From: an uncultured cyanobacterium
Lineage (GTDB): Bacteria > Cyanobacteriota > Cyanobacteriia > Pseudanabaenales > Pseudanabaenaceae
Length of the DNA stretch: 64,000 nucleotides
Direction: 5' to 3'
Assembly: GCA_963703315.1 (NCBI GenBank)
Contig: OY969811.1
Coordinates: forward strand, 3,360,001-3,424,000
Shown piece after piece: positions 38,607 to 48,268 of this stretch (position 1 is the stretch's first letter; each line of letters begins with the position of its first letter). The translations under genes and the position numbers were made by a program. The notes below the pieces were generated by a model. That model saw only the letters and a program-made list of their open reading frames with translations. It was not told where the DNA came from and made no database searches.

Positions 38607-40325
38607 ATGCGCCCAAAAATAGCGGAATCAAAGGTCAATCTCGAAAGGATTTATTCAGTATTATTAGGGCTTTCTACCCTTGCATTAGTAGCAACAGATT
38701 GCGGGTTATCGGTTAACGCCAAGCCAGTTTCCTCAGAGTTAACATCTTCACTATCAACTAGTTCTGTTTCCTCAAAAGAATCCGTTTCTTCTTCTCTGAC
38801 TTCTGACTCTGCAATTACTCAAATTCAAATTGCTCAAGCAATTCCAATTAAAAAAATCGAAGTTACTGGCAGCACAGTTTTCGATGCCGAAAAACTCGAC
38901 CTGATCATCAAACCCCTTGAAGGCAAAGCAGTCACTGAAGAACAATTAACAGCAGCAGCCAATGCCATTACCCAACTGTATGTCAGTAATGGCTATGTCA
39001 CTTCTCAAGCTCTGTATACTCCACAAAGTATCGTTGATGGCGTTGCCAAGATTCAGGTTTTAGAAGGAAAAGTCGAAAAAATCGAAGTTGTCGGCGTTAA
39101 TGCACTTAATCCTGACTACGTGCGATCGCGAACTGAACTAGGAATTGGTAATCCCCTCAACACCAATAACCTCGAAGATCAACTACGTCTTCTCCGTGCC
39201 GATCCTAATTTTACAAGCGTAGATGCGAGCCTCAAAGTAGGCAGCCAAGCTGGTTTGAGCATACTCACTATCACAGTTGTTGAAGCAAATCAACTTGCAG
39301 GTTCTGTCAGTTTTGATAACTTCTCTCCTCCTGCGGTTGGTTCTGAACGCATAGGCGCAGGGCTAAATTACCGCAATCTTTTTGGATTAGGAGATGTTTT
39401 CTCAGCCAATTACTACAGGACAACAACGGGTGGCTCTAACCAATACGATTTTGGTTTTAGCATTCCCGTCAACCCGATGAATGGAACTGTCTCACTTCGA
39501 TTTGCCCCTAGCAACTACCGCATTACCCAGTCACCATTCGATGTCTTCAATATTCGCGGCAACAGTGAAGTTTATGCTGCTAGCTATCGTCAGCCCCTAA
39601 TTCGCACTCCCCGTGAAGAATTTGCGCTGTCTCTAGGCTATGAATATCAAAGAGGTCAGACCTTCCTATTTAACGATCTTGCTGTACCATTTGGGATTGG
39701 AGCCGAAGCCGATGGGACTAGCCGCACCAGTGTATTTAAATTTGGGCAAGACTATACAAGTCGCGATACCGCAGGAGTTTGGTCATTGCGATCACAGTTT
39801 AGTCTCGGTACTGGGCTATTTGGTGCGACTTATGTGACTAGTCCTAGTGCAGCTTTCCTAAGCTGGTTGGGACAAATTCAACGAGTTCAGGTTCTTGGAA
39901 CTGACACAATTTTGATTGGTTCTTTAGATACTCAACTCTCGGCTGATCCACTTTTGCCATCACAGCAGTTTGTAGTTGGTGGTGGGCAATCAGTGCGCGG
40001 CTTCCGTCAAAATGCACGTTCTGGAGACAATGGTATTCGTCTTTCCTTGGAGAGTCGCTTTGTGATGGCCCGAAATGAAGAAGGTCGGACAATTTTTCAG
40101 TTAGCTCCTTTTGTCGATTTCGGCACAGTTTGGAACAACTCCAAAAATCTTAACGTGCTACCCAATCAGAACTTTTTAGCAGGTGGTGGTATAGGAGTTC
40201 TATTCGAGCCAATTAAACGACTCAACTTGCGTCTAGACTATGCAATTCCCTTTGTGAATCTTAGCGATCGCGGCTCTAATTTGCAAGAATCATCACTATA
40301 TTTCAGTATTGGTTACCTATTTTAG
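38607..40325 (+). CDS. ShlB/FhaC/HecB-family two-partner secretion transporter (TpsB)
   Basis: POTRA motif ITQLYVSNGYVTS, VRGF motif, C-terminal beta strand ending in Phe; divergent from TpsA. Confidence 0.93.
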   Translation: MRPKIAESKVNLERIYSVLLGLSTLALVATDCGLSVNAKPVSSELTSSLSTSSVSSKESVSSSLTSDSAITQIQIAQAIPIKKIEVTGSTVFDAEKLDLIIKPLEGKAVTEEQLTAAANAITQLYVSNGYVTSQALYTPQSIVDGVAKIQVLEGKVEKIEVVGVNALNPDYVRSRTELGIGNPLNTNNLEDQLRLLRADPNFTSVDASLKVGSQAGLSILTITVVEANQLAGSVSFDNFSPPAVGSERIGAGLNYRNLFGLGDVFSANYYRTTTGGSNQYDFGFSIPVNPMNGTVSLRFAPSNYRITQSPFDVFNIRGNSEVYAASYRQPLIRTPREEFALSLGYEYQRGQTFLFNDLAVPFGIGAEADGTSRTSVFKFGQDYTSRDTAGVWSLRSQFSLGTGLFGATYVTSPSAAFLSWLGQIQRVQVLGTDTILIGSLDTQLSADPLLPSQQFVVGGGQSVRGFRQNARSGDNGIRLSLESRFVMARNEEGRTIFQLAPFVDFGTVWNNSKNLNVLPNQNFLAGGGIGVLFEPIKRLNLRLDYAIPFVNLSDRGSNLQESSLYFSIGYLF

Positions 40326-40379
40326 GAGGAAGTCGGGGTCAACGCACGAAATGGACAAATTGTCGAGTAACATTTTATT

Positions 40380-40494
40380 TATAGCTATAGCCATTTTAGT
40401 TAAGACATAAAACCCAAAAGAGAGTTGCGGCGCGTAGCGCCGCAACTCTCTTTTGGGTTTTGGGTTTGTCCTAACATAACTGGCTACCGCTATA
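40380..40494. mobile_element. Family B element, intact copy
   Basis: tatagc...aaaacccaaaagagagttgcggcgc-gta-gcgccgcaactctcttttgggtttt...gctata. Confidence 0.82.
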
Positions 40495-40509
40495 ATGTGC
40501 AGTCTGAAA

Positions 40510-40630
40510 CATGAAAATGATGTTGCTCGGCAAACGTAAGCGCTTAGCCCGATGGCAACCAGCTTGATCAACTTGTATGATGATGGTACGGTCTGCAAAT
40601 TTCTCTGCTACAAGGTCAAGAAATAAAGGC
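40510..40630 (+). pseudogene. Possible degraded WD40-repeat fragment
   Basis: Broken frames give HENDV / S(P)DGNQL / DDGTV / LQGQEIK in WD40 order. Confidence 0.3.
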
Positions 40631-40961
40631 AAAAGCAAGGCACAGATATCTCAATATGTAGCGGTAGATAAATGCGCCTTACGACCTGCCTCCTATTCAT
40701 GGGGGAGCATGAACAACGAGGCATTACTGTAGAACTGGAATACGCATATTCCCTTGTATATAGCGTTTCACATTCTAATGAAGTATAGGATTATTTCCAT
40801 TCCTTCGGCGCGAAGACAATTTAATTTTATAAAACTTCTACCTATTCCCACAGACAAACAATAGCATATTTTTGAATAAATTGAATCATTGTCATAAAAA
40901 AACAGAGAGTTGCAGTGCTTTATATCACAACTCTCTGTATAACTATTTATAGCTATAAATT

Positions 40962-41564
40962 TCAGCTTAATGATAGCCACTTTGAGACTGCTGGTAAGCA
41001 AGCTAAGCTTTTATCTTGACAGTATCGATCAGTCTTTGGCTCTTTAAGCGAATAAATAGAGTCAGGATTGATCGGAGCAATGTACTTCAAGTTCGCTCTT
41101 ACATAGCATTCTCCTAGTTGCTCCCAAGTGGTGGGTTTGACAGGTTCCGCTAACTCATCACGCAATCCTTTTACCCGTAACCAAGGTGAGCCATTATCAT
41201 CAAGAACGATCGCATCATCAGCCCGTTCAGGAGCATTAGGAGTACGTCTATTTCCAGAACCCTTAAAAGCAGCCGTTAAAATCGCACCTCTAAGAATGCG
41301 TGACCTGATTTCTCCATTCGGTGAATATCGACAATTTAAACCATAACCATAGTCGCCAGATTCTGCGGGCTGCACCACTAACCATTTTTCGATCGCATAA
41401 AAGCCACGATTACCACGTTGAAATACCGTCATGAAGTTACCATTACTATCAGGATTAGGTACTTCGGCAACTTGGGCGATCGCGCGATCATCAGTAAAAA
41501 GCATAGAAACGCTCGAAAGTGCCGCTATCAGAAGCAAAGGCGATTTACTTAGATTCAATCTCAT
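40962..41564 (-). CDS. Secreted hypothetical protein (possible SH3b-like segment)
   Basis: Signal peptide ending AIA; GLNCRYSP...WLRV...CYVRANLKYI pattern. Confidence 0.72.
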   Translation of the reverse strand: MRLNLSKSPLLLIAALSSVSMLFTDDRAIAQVAEVPNPDSNGNFMTVFQRGNRGFYAIEKWLVVQPAESGDYGYGLNCRYSPNGEIRSRILRGAILTAAFKGSGNRRTPNAPERADDAIVLDDNGSPWLRVKGLRDELAEPVKPTTWEQLGECYVRANLKYIAPINPDSIYSLKEPKTDRYCQDKSLACLPAVSKWLSLS

Positions 41565-41594
41565 GGTTTTATCCTAATTGATTGTCATCTAATT

Positions 41595-43175
41595 CTAGTT
41601 GGAACATCGGTATAAAGTCGCTATTCGTTCTATATTCTTAACAGGATCACGAAGTAAAAATGGTAAATGACCAGTGGGCGGTGATTGGAAATTGGGTTGA
41701 CGACCTTCAATATATTCCCAACGCGAAGTTTGGCGATCGTAGGCAGTGTTAATCACTTGTTCAGATGCATTAAACCAGCCAATGGTTTCGTAAGTTTTGC
41801 GAATATCTTTTCCTGTCTCTTCATAGATCTTTTTCTGGGCAGTCAAGCCTTGCTTACCATTAGTAGCCTGTGTCCAAAGTTGATCGATTAAAACTAGATC
41901 CGCGCAAGTAATCTGATTAAACTCATCGGGATGAAATGTGCCGTCATTATAAGAATTTTTGCCTGCGGCTTTTAAAAGTAAGAGATAGGTTTCATAATCA
42001 GCCGACTTCCAATTTTTGGCTTTGAGATAGATCCGCAGTTGGTTATAGCTAGTTTTGATTTCTGGAATAGGAGTAGGTGTAGGGATGCTTGGAGATGGAT
42101 TAAAACTAGGAGGTATGGTATTAATTGGGGTCGTAGGTATAGAAGAAATCCTAGAAAAATTCCAGCCTATACTCCATAGATAAGTAGCACCCGCTAAGAG
42201 CAGTAGGACGATCGCTGATGGCAATAACCAAGGCGATCGCCACATATTTGCCTGAATTTCTCGATCATCGGTAATGCGAGGCGACTCGGTACTGAGTTTT
42301 GGCAGTTTCTCAATATCTTTTAGCACTTCATCCACAGTCTGATAGCGATCGCGAGGATTGCATCGGGTCATTCGATCTAAAACTGCTGCAAATTCACGTC
42401 CAACTTTCGCATAACTACGCCAAATAACTTCGTTGTCACGATCCCTAGTAAATTGACTAGGATGTTTACCTGTCAAGGCTTGCAAAGCTACCATTCCCAG
42501 TGAATAGATATCACTGCAAGCTACAGATTGACCACGCTCCTGCTCATAAGACATATACCCTGGAGTGCCGATTGGTAAAGTAACTCTGGCTTTGTGGTGA
42601 GCGCTAGCAACTTCCATTTGGACTTGCTTCACTGTGCCGAAATCAATGAGAACTAATTTGCCATCACTATGACGACGGATCAAGTTACTAGGTTTAATAT
42701 CACGATGGATGACATTGTAAGTATGCACAAAGCGCAGAATTTCTAAAACTTCTTTAACAATCTGTGCAACTCTTGCCTCTGCCATTTGGCTTCCGGGGGA
42801 CATTTCGGTACTGAGGGGATGTCCTGCGATATATTCTTGAACTAGATAGAACTCCTTATTTTCTTGAAAATAGGCATAAAGTTGGGGAATTAGATCATGT
42901 CTTCCCAATTCTTGCAAAGTTTCGGCTTCCGCTTTAAAGAGTTCTAAAGCCTTTTGCGTAAAAACAGGGTCATCAATAGTGGGATTGAGATGTTTGACAA
43001 CGCACCTAGGATTTTTGGGCAAGCGCGTATCTTCCGCAAGGTAAGTTTGTGAAAAGCCTCCTTCTGCTAATTCTCTAATAATTCGATAGCGGCGGTCGAG
43101 TAGCTTGCCTAGCATGGTCACATTAACAATAAGGGTTTGTGGTTTTGATTTTGCCATAGGCAAAATCAAAACCAC
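41595..43175 (-). CDS. Ser/Thr protein kinase with TM helix and GUN4-like C-terminal domain
   Basis: HRDIKPSN, DFG and GTPGY motifs; C-terminal LKAKNWKSADYET...IDQLW...GHLP. The true start may be the ATG at 43157 or 43115. Confidence 0.92.
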   Translation of the reverse strand: MVLILPMAKSKPQTLIVNVTMLGKLLDRRYRIIRELAEGGFSQTYLAEDTRLPKNPRCVVKHLNPTIDDPVFTQKALELFKAEAETLQELGRHDLIPQLYAYFQENKEFYLVQEYIAGHPLSTEMSPGSQMAEARVAQIVKEVLEILRFVHTYNVIHRDIKPSNLIRRHSDGKLVLIDFGTVKQVQMEVASAHHKARVTLPIGTPGYMSYEQERGQSVACSDIYSLGMVALQALTGKHPSQFTRDRDNEVIWRSYAKVGREFAAVLDRMTRCNPRDRYQTVDEVLKDIEKLPKLSTESPRITDDREIQANMWRSPWLLPSAIVLLLLAGATYLWSIGWNFSRISSIPTTPINTIPPSFNPSPSIPTPTPIPEIKTSYNQLRIYLKAKNWKSADYETYLLLLKAAGKNSYNDGTFHPDEFNQITCADLVLIDQLWTQATNGKQGLTAQKKIYEETGKDIRKTYETIGWFNASEQVINTAYDRQTSRWEYIEGRQPNFQSPPTGHLPFLLRDPVKNIERIATLYRCSN

Positions 43176-43750
43176 TATCTGATGTATTTTGCCTCAAGGG
43201 GAGGTCGATCGCGCTTTACCTGCGTAGTTTTTTTAGATTTTAATTTCTGGCGATCGCCGTAGGGGACAGTATCAGGATCATTGTCTTCTTCTTCAAAATA
43301 CTCATCCTCTTCTTCATCCCAGTCATCCTCTTCGTCCCAATCGTCTTCAACTTGCTCCTCCTCCTCAACCTGATCGTTACTAGCGTAATTACCCTGATCA
43401 CGATCAGGCTTGACCTGTTCCTTTTTTGGTTCATTTTGGGGTTCATTTTGAGAACCTGTCGCAACTATGGCTTGGCGAATTGCTACATTTTGTCGCCAGC
43501 TAGCGATCGCATTAAACACAAAAGCAATCAATCCACCGATAGCAAATGCCCCTAACATCGCCACACTGAGAGGTATTGCTACTGTCTTTTGTCCTAAAAA
43601 CACAATCTGGATCGCGGGCTGTAAATTTTGGACAAAGATCGCTGCTAGTAAAGTAATCACAAAACCCAAAATTATAATTTGGGCGATCGGGATGGCTTTG
43701 GAACTTTTACGAACTGAATTATTTATCTGCGAAAAGCGCGATCGTGTCAT
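43175..43750 (-). CDS. LapA/DUF1049-like membrane protein with acidic tail
   Basis: Two TM helices around FVQN..P..IVFLG; D/E-rich tail; ATG at 43750 overlaps the ubiX stop (ATGA). Confidence 0.72.
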   Translation of the reverse strand: MTRSRFSQINNSVRKSSKAIPIAQIIILGFVITLLAAIFVQNLQPAIQIVFLGQKTVAIPLSVAMLGAFAIGGLIAFVFNAIASWRQNVAIRQAIVATGSQNEPQNEPKKEQVKPDRDQGNYASNDQVEEEEQVEDDWDEEDDWDEEEDEYFEEEDNDPDTVPYGDRQKLKSKKTTQVKRDRPPLEAKYIR

Positions 43751-44391
43751 TGCTCTGAACCTCCTGCGGAAATATTCGCGATCCGACCTTGCCAACGCTG
43801 GATGAGATCGCTATCAATATCAAGTTGATCCAGCGCCCTTGCAACTACAAAGTCTACCAAATCCTCGATGGTTTGCGGGTTGTGATACCAAGCAGGAATC
43901 GCGGGGACAATTCGCGCCCCTGCTTCGGCTAAGGCGGTGAGGTTACGCAAATGAATTAGGCTCAAAGGAGTCTCGCGAGGGACAAGTACTAATCTGCGAC
44001 CTTCCTTAAGATGGACATCGGCGGCTCGCTCTAATAAATCAGAACTCAGTCCATGAGCGATTTTAGCAACTGTTGCCATGCTGCAAGGAATGACGAGCAT
44101 TCCCAATGTCCGAAACGATCCACTAGCGATCGTCGCGCCCACATCGGCAAATTGATGACAAACTAGTTTACCCCCATGAGTTTCGCTGCGATCGCGCCAA
44201 AACTGTTCTTGCGATTGCAAATTGCTGGGCATGGCAATATTATTTTCCGATTGCCAAACCATCATCGCCGCCTTAGAAGCCACCAGATCGACGTTGTAGT
44301 TATGATTTAACAAAAACTTGAGCGATCGCACTGCATAGATCATGCCTGATGCCCCAGATACGCCTAACACAATTGCCCGTTTATTTTCCAT
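43747..44391 (-). CDS. ubiX: Flavin prenyltransferase
   Basis: GVSGASG, IASGS, PCSM, RAADV.LKE and PRETP motifs. Confidence 0.96.
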   Translation of the reverse strand: MENKRAIVLGVSGASGMIYAVRSLKFLLNHNYNVDLVASKAAMMVWQSENNIAMPSNLQSQEQFWRDRSETHGGKLVCHQFADVGATIASGSFRTLGMLVIPCSMATVAKIAHGLSSDLLERAADVHLKEGRRLVLVPRETPLSLIHLRNLTALAEAGARIVPAIPAWYHNPQTIEDLVDFVVARALDQLDIDSDLIQRWQGRIANISAGGSEQ

Positions 44392-44446
44392 TCAATATCT
44401 TTAATCTATAGCTCAATCATATCTCTGTTTGTTAAGCTTAGAGATA

Positions 44447-44523
44447 TAGCGTTTCGCAGTCTAGTTTAGTACAGAGGATTGTTTCCCCGATGAAGGCGGG
44501 GAAACAATCCTCTGTACTAAACT
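44447..44523. repeat. Family D element overlapping the adenylate cyclase stop
   Basis: agtttagtacagaggattgtttccccg...cggggaaacaatcctctgtactaaact. Confidence 0.75.
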
Positions 44524-46193
44524 TTAGGAAAAATTGTTCTAGTCTTGCTCAGCATTTCCTTAACATCCACATTTTGCCAATGGACTCGATATAGCTGTAA
44601 CAGTTCTTGTTTCCCTTTCACTTTTACGAGATCTAGTTTCTCTAAGGGTAGATTGAATTGAGAAATATGAGACATCGTACTTTCGGAAATGAAAACCTCA
44701 CCCGCTTTCGCTTCTGTACAAATGCGGCTAGCCACATTCATCGTATCGCCAATATTGGTGTACTGAATTAAGTTCTCGGAACCAATATTCCCTGCGGCAA
44801 CCATGCCAGTATTTAAACCAATGTGAATCTGGATTTGGAGATCACGACCTTGCTTTGTCCATTCTTCATTTAACTGACGCATTGCCCATTGCATCGCGAT
44901 CGCGGCACTAACTGCCATAATCGCATCATCATCTTTTTGATAGGGAGAACCCCATACTGCCAGAAGAGCATCAGCAATATATTTCTCTAATGTGCCTCCA
45001 AAGGGAAAGACAATATCTTCGACCATCACCTTGAAGTATTCATTGAGAAACTCTAAAACCTTGCGAGGCTGCATTTGGGAAGTCATCTCCGTAAAGCCGC
45101 TAATATCAGAAAACAAAGCCGTGACTTCGGTTTCGACAATGCGATTTAAGTCCCAACCCTCTTCAATTTTTTGGCTAACTGCCGCAGGGAAGAATCGCTC
45201 TAGTTTGGTACGGCGAATCACTTCTGACTGCATATTTTGATAGAGATTGGCATTCTCGATCGCGATCGCCGCTTGGTTCGCTAAGCTACTCAAAAATTCT
45301 AAATCTTCTTTATGATAAGCATGACCATGAGAAAGATTATCCACATACAAAACGCCGATTACCTTATCTCTTGGCTTTAATGGCGCACACATCGCTGCTT
45401 GAATCGATTGCAAAAGGATCGACTGTGAACTATCAAAACGGCGATCGAGAGAAGCATCATCACTAATAATTGCATCCCCTTGTTTCATCACAAAACTAGT
45501 GATTTTACGACTATAAAAATCCAGATCAGTAGTTGCATTAGGATTACTAAACTTATATGCTTTCGGCTCCAAATTTCCTGTTTGCTCATTTACGAGTAAC
45601 AACACAGCGCGATCGACTGACATAATCTTCAGCAATAGTTCTAAGATTTTTTCAGGTAAAGCCGAATAAGCCTCTGGCGAAGCAAGCTCTTGGCTAACTT
45701 CCAGCAATACCCTGAGCTTTGCCGAGGTACGCTGAGTCTCATCAGTTCCCTGAATCATCAATACGGAGCCTGCTGGCGCTTGCTGCTGATTTTGCAGTAA
45801 ATCTTGGATGTCAACACGAGATTTTTCTGGTGAAACTCGCATCAAAATTGATAGACCAGAACTTGCATTTAGCGGCGAAATAGGATTAGGAGATTGCATC
45901 TCATCTACTACTAATCGAAATATGACACTGCCAAACTGCACCAAATCGCCATGATTGAGCTTTTGTTGAATAATTTTCTGTTGATTAACAAAAGTCCCAT
46001 TACTACTATTGAGATCGGTAACAAATATCCCCTTATCCGTCACCTGAATTTCAGCATGATGACGCGAGAGGCTCCGAGCATCATCTTCAATGACAATACT
46101 ATTGTGTAAGTCTCGACCAATCGTATTGTTACCATGACGGAGATCGCAAATACGTTCTTGGGGAGTTCCTTGATTTTGAATAATGTATGGCAT
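44517..46193 (-). CDS. Class III adenylate cyclase, FHA-GAF-cyclase (CyaD-like)
   Basis: FHA (IGR, SRHHA, SSNGT); GAF; LFSDISGFT, EKYIAD and IGDTMNVASR motifs. Confidence 0.92.
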   Translation of the reverse strand: MPYIIQNQGTPQERICDLRHGNNTIGRDLHNSIVIEDDARSLSRHHAEIQVTDKGIFVTDLNSSNGTFVNQQKIIQQKLNHGDLVQFGSVIFRLVVDEMQSPNPISPLNASSGLSILMRVSPEKSRVDIQDLLQNQQQAPAGSVLMIQGTDETQRTSAKLRVLLEVSQELASPEAYSALPEKILELLLKIMSVDRAVLLLVNEQTGNLEPKAYKFSNPNATTDLDFYSRKITSFVMKQGDAIISDDASLDRRFDSSQSILLQSIQAAMCAPLKPRDKVIGVLYVDNLSHGHAYHKEDLEFLSSLANQAAIAIENANLYQNMQSEVIRRTKLERFFPAAVSQKIEEGWDLNRIVETEVTALFSDISGFTEMTSQMQPRKVLEFLNEYFKVMVEDIVFPFGGTLEKYIADALLAVWGSPYQKDDDAIMAVSAAIAMQWAMRQLNEEWTKQGRDLQIQIHIGLNTGMVAAGNIGSENLIQYTNIGDTMNVASRICTEAKAGEVFISESTMSHISQFNLPLEKLDLVKVKGKQELLQLYRVHWQNVDVKEMLSKTRTIFPKV

Positions 46194-46310
46194 ATTTTTT
46201 ACCTGCTGCGCTTACTTCTGTAGTTTAATTAGCTAACTCCACTACAGAAGTGCCTACGAAAACTCTCGTATCATTCATAATGAATTAATAGCATTATCCC
46301 ATTTTTATCC

Positions 46311-47576
46311 ATGTCGCCAACTACGCTAGAAGTACAATCTCAGTCTCAGGAAACTACGAATGTTTCGCTTGACGCGATCGCTGAGTTTAATCAATATGTG
46401 ATGAGTACCTATGCTCGTTTTCCGATCGCCCTAGAGCGTGGCGAAGGTAGTCGAGTGTGGGACAGTACAGGCAAGGAATATCTGGATTTTGTGGCTGGCA
46501 TTGCGACTTGTACGTTGGGACACGCACATCCTGCAATGGTAAAAGCGGTAACTGATCAAATCCAAACTTTGCACCATGCGTCTAATTTGTTTTACTTTGC
46601 ACCCCAAGGTCAATTAGCAAAATGGCTGGTGCAAAACTCCTGTGCGGATAAAGCCTTTTTTTGTAACTCTGGGGCTGAGGCAAATGAGGGAGCGATCAAG
46701 CTAGCCCGTAAATATGCCCATACTAAGCTCGGCATCGAGAGTCCTGTAATTTTGACAGCAAATGCCAGTTTTCATGGACGCACGCTGGCTACCGTCACTG
46801 CCACAGGTCAGCCAAAATATCACAAAAATTTTGCGCCCCTTGTATCAGGTTTTGACTACATTCCTTACAACGATATTGCGGCACTGGAAACTGCGGTCAA
46901 GAAATATGCAGGTAGACTGAGTGCGATCATGCTCGAACCTTTGCAAGGTGAAGGTGGGGTGAATCCTGGCGATCGCGCCTATTTTGCCCGTGTGCGTGAG
47001 CTTTGCGACGAAACGAAAGCATTGCTAATCATCGATGAAGTGCAAGTGGGCATGGGACGCAGTGGCAAACTCTGGGGTTACGAAAATCTCGGTATTGAAC
47101 CAGACATCTTTACTTCCGCTAAGGGGCTAGGCGGCGGCATTCCCATCGGCGCGATGATGTGTAAAGCTTCCTGTGATGTATTTGAAGCGGGTGATCACGC
47201 CAGTACCTTTGGCGGCAATCCTTTTGCCTGTGCAGTGGCGCTGTCAGTTTGCAAAACCATCGAGGACGAGAATCTAATCGCTAATGCCAGAGAGCGTGGT
47301 CAACAATTGAGAACGGGGCTACAGGCGATCGCTGAGCGCTATCCTCAACATATTGACTCAGTACGTGGTTGGGGCTTGATCGATGGTTTAGTTCTGCAAG
47401 AGTCTAGCAATATTCAAGCCCGTGATGTGGTTGCCGCAGGGATTGAGCATGGTTTGCTGCTCGTACCTGCGGGTGTGAAAGTGGTGCGGTTTGTGCCACC
47501 TTTGACTGTCTCTGCATCGGAGATTGATCAAGCACTAAGCATTGTCGAACAGGCGATCGCAGGTTTTGCATCCTAA
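46311..47576 (+). CDS. argD: Acetylornithine aminotransferase
   Basis: NSGAEANE, SFHGRT, DEVQVGMGR, SAKGLGGG and HASTFGGN motifs. Confidence 0.95.
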   Translation: MSPTTLEVQSQSQETTNVSLDAIAEFNQYVMSTYARFPIALERGEGSRVWDSTGKEYLDFVAGIATCTLGHAHPAMVKAVTDQIQTLHHASNLFYFAPQGQLAKWLVQNSCADKAFFCNSGAEANEGAIKLARKYAHTKLGIESPVILTANASFHGRTLATVTATGQPKYHKNFAPLVSGFDYIPYNDIAALETAVKKYAGRLSAIMLEPLQGEGGVNPGDRAYFARVRELCDETKALLIIDEVQVGMGRSGKLWGYENLGIEPDIFTSAKGLGGGIPIGAMMCKASCDVFEAGDHASTFGGNPFACAVALSVCKTIEDENLIANARERGQQLRTGLQAIAERYPQHIDSVRGWGLIDGLVLQESSNIQARDVVAAGIEHGLLLVPAGVKVVRFVPPLTVSASEIDQALSIVEQAIAGFAS

Positions 47577-47599
47577 AAAAGCAACTCTTAAATGGTTTC

Positions 47600-47640
47600 T
47601 AACAAAAAGAAGGAGCGCAAAGCGCTCCTTCTTTTTGTTA
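47600..47640. terminator. Bidirectional hairpin overlapping the SRPBCC stop
   Basis: taacaaaaagaaggagcgc-aaa-gcgctccttctttttgtta. Confidence 0.8.
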
Positions 47641-48114
47641 AGATTGCTCTATATAGCTTTTGATATTCCCAAGACAAATCTCTTGAGAGCGTTGAAATGG
47701 ATTTTTCACCAATAAAAGGAAAATCCAATATGCAAAGATATTCCGCACCTCAAAGTTAAACTCCCAAGTAATCTTGGTTCTAGTATCAATCGCTTCATAT
47801 AGCCAACTGCCAGAGGCAATACTAACTAGCCATGAGAATGGAGGCTTTAACCCTTTGATCAATTGGTATTTCTGGATAGTCGGTCGCCTAACTTCAACAA
47901 TAATTTCCTCCACTGATGAACCATCACTGTTATTGACGATTCTTGTACTCCCTTTCTGAAGAGGTAGTCCATCAATAGTTTTGGCACTTATGATCGCAGG
48001 TATTGCTTTATAACCAGTGAAAAATTTGGGGAGATTTTGACAATCCGTTGAGATATCAAACACGCTCTCAATCGAATCATTGATCGTAACCTGTGCATTA
48101 GTTTGAATTTGCAT
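47638..48114 (-). CDS. SRPBCC/polyketide cyclase-like protein
   Basis: 158 aa; START-fold pattern (I...IESVFD, G.W.Y, TKITW). Confidence 0.75.
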   Translation of the reverse strand: MQIQTNAQVTINDSIESVFDISTDCQNLPKFFTGYKAIPAIISAKTIDGLPLQKGSTRIVNNSDGSSVEEIIVEVRRPTIQKYQLIKGLKPPFSWLVSIASGSWLYEAIDTRTKITWEFNFEVRNIFAYWIFLLLVKNPFQRSQEICLGNIKSYIEQS

Positions 48115-48149
48115 CTCAAAAACCTGACAGATCTAAAAAACTTAAGCAT

Positions 48150-48264
48150 TATAGCCATAGCCAAGCAAGTTAAGACATAAAACCCAAAAGAGAGTTGCGG
48201 CGCTTCGCGCCGCAACTCTCTTTTGGGTTTTGGTTTTGTCCTAACGTAACTGACTACAGCTATA
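48150..48264. mobile_element. Family B element, intact copy
   Basis: tatagccatagccaagcaagttaagacataaaacccaaaagagagttgcggcgc-ttc-...cctaacgtaactgactacagctata. Confidence 0.85.
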
Positions 48265-48268
48265 TTGT

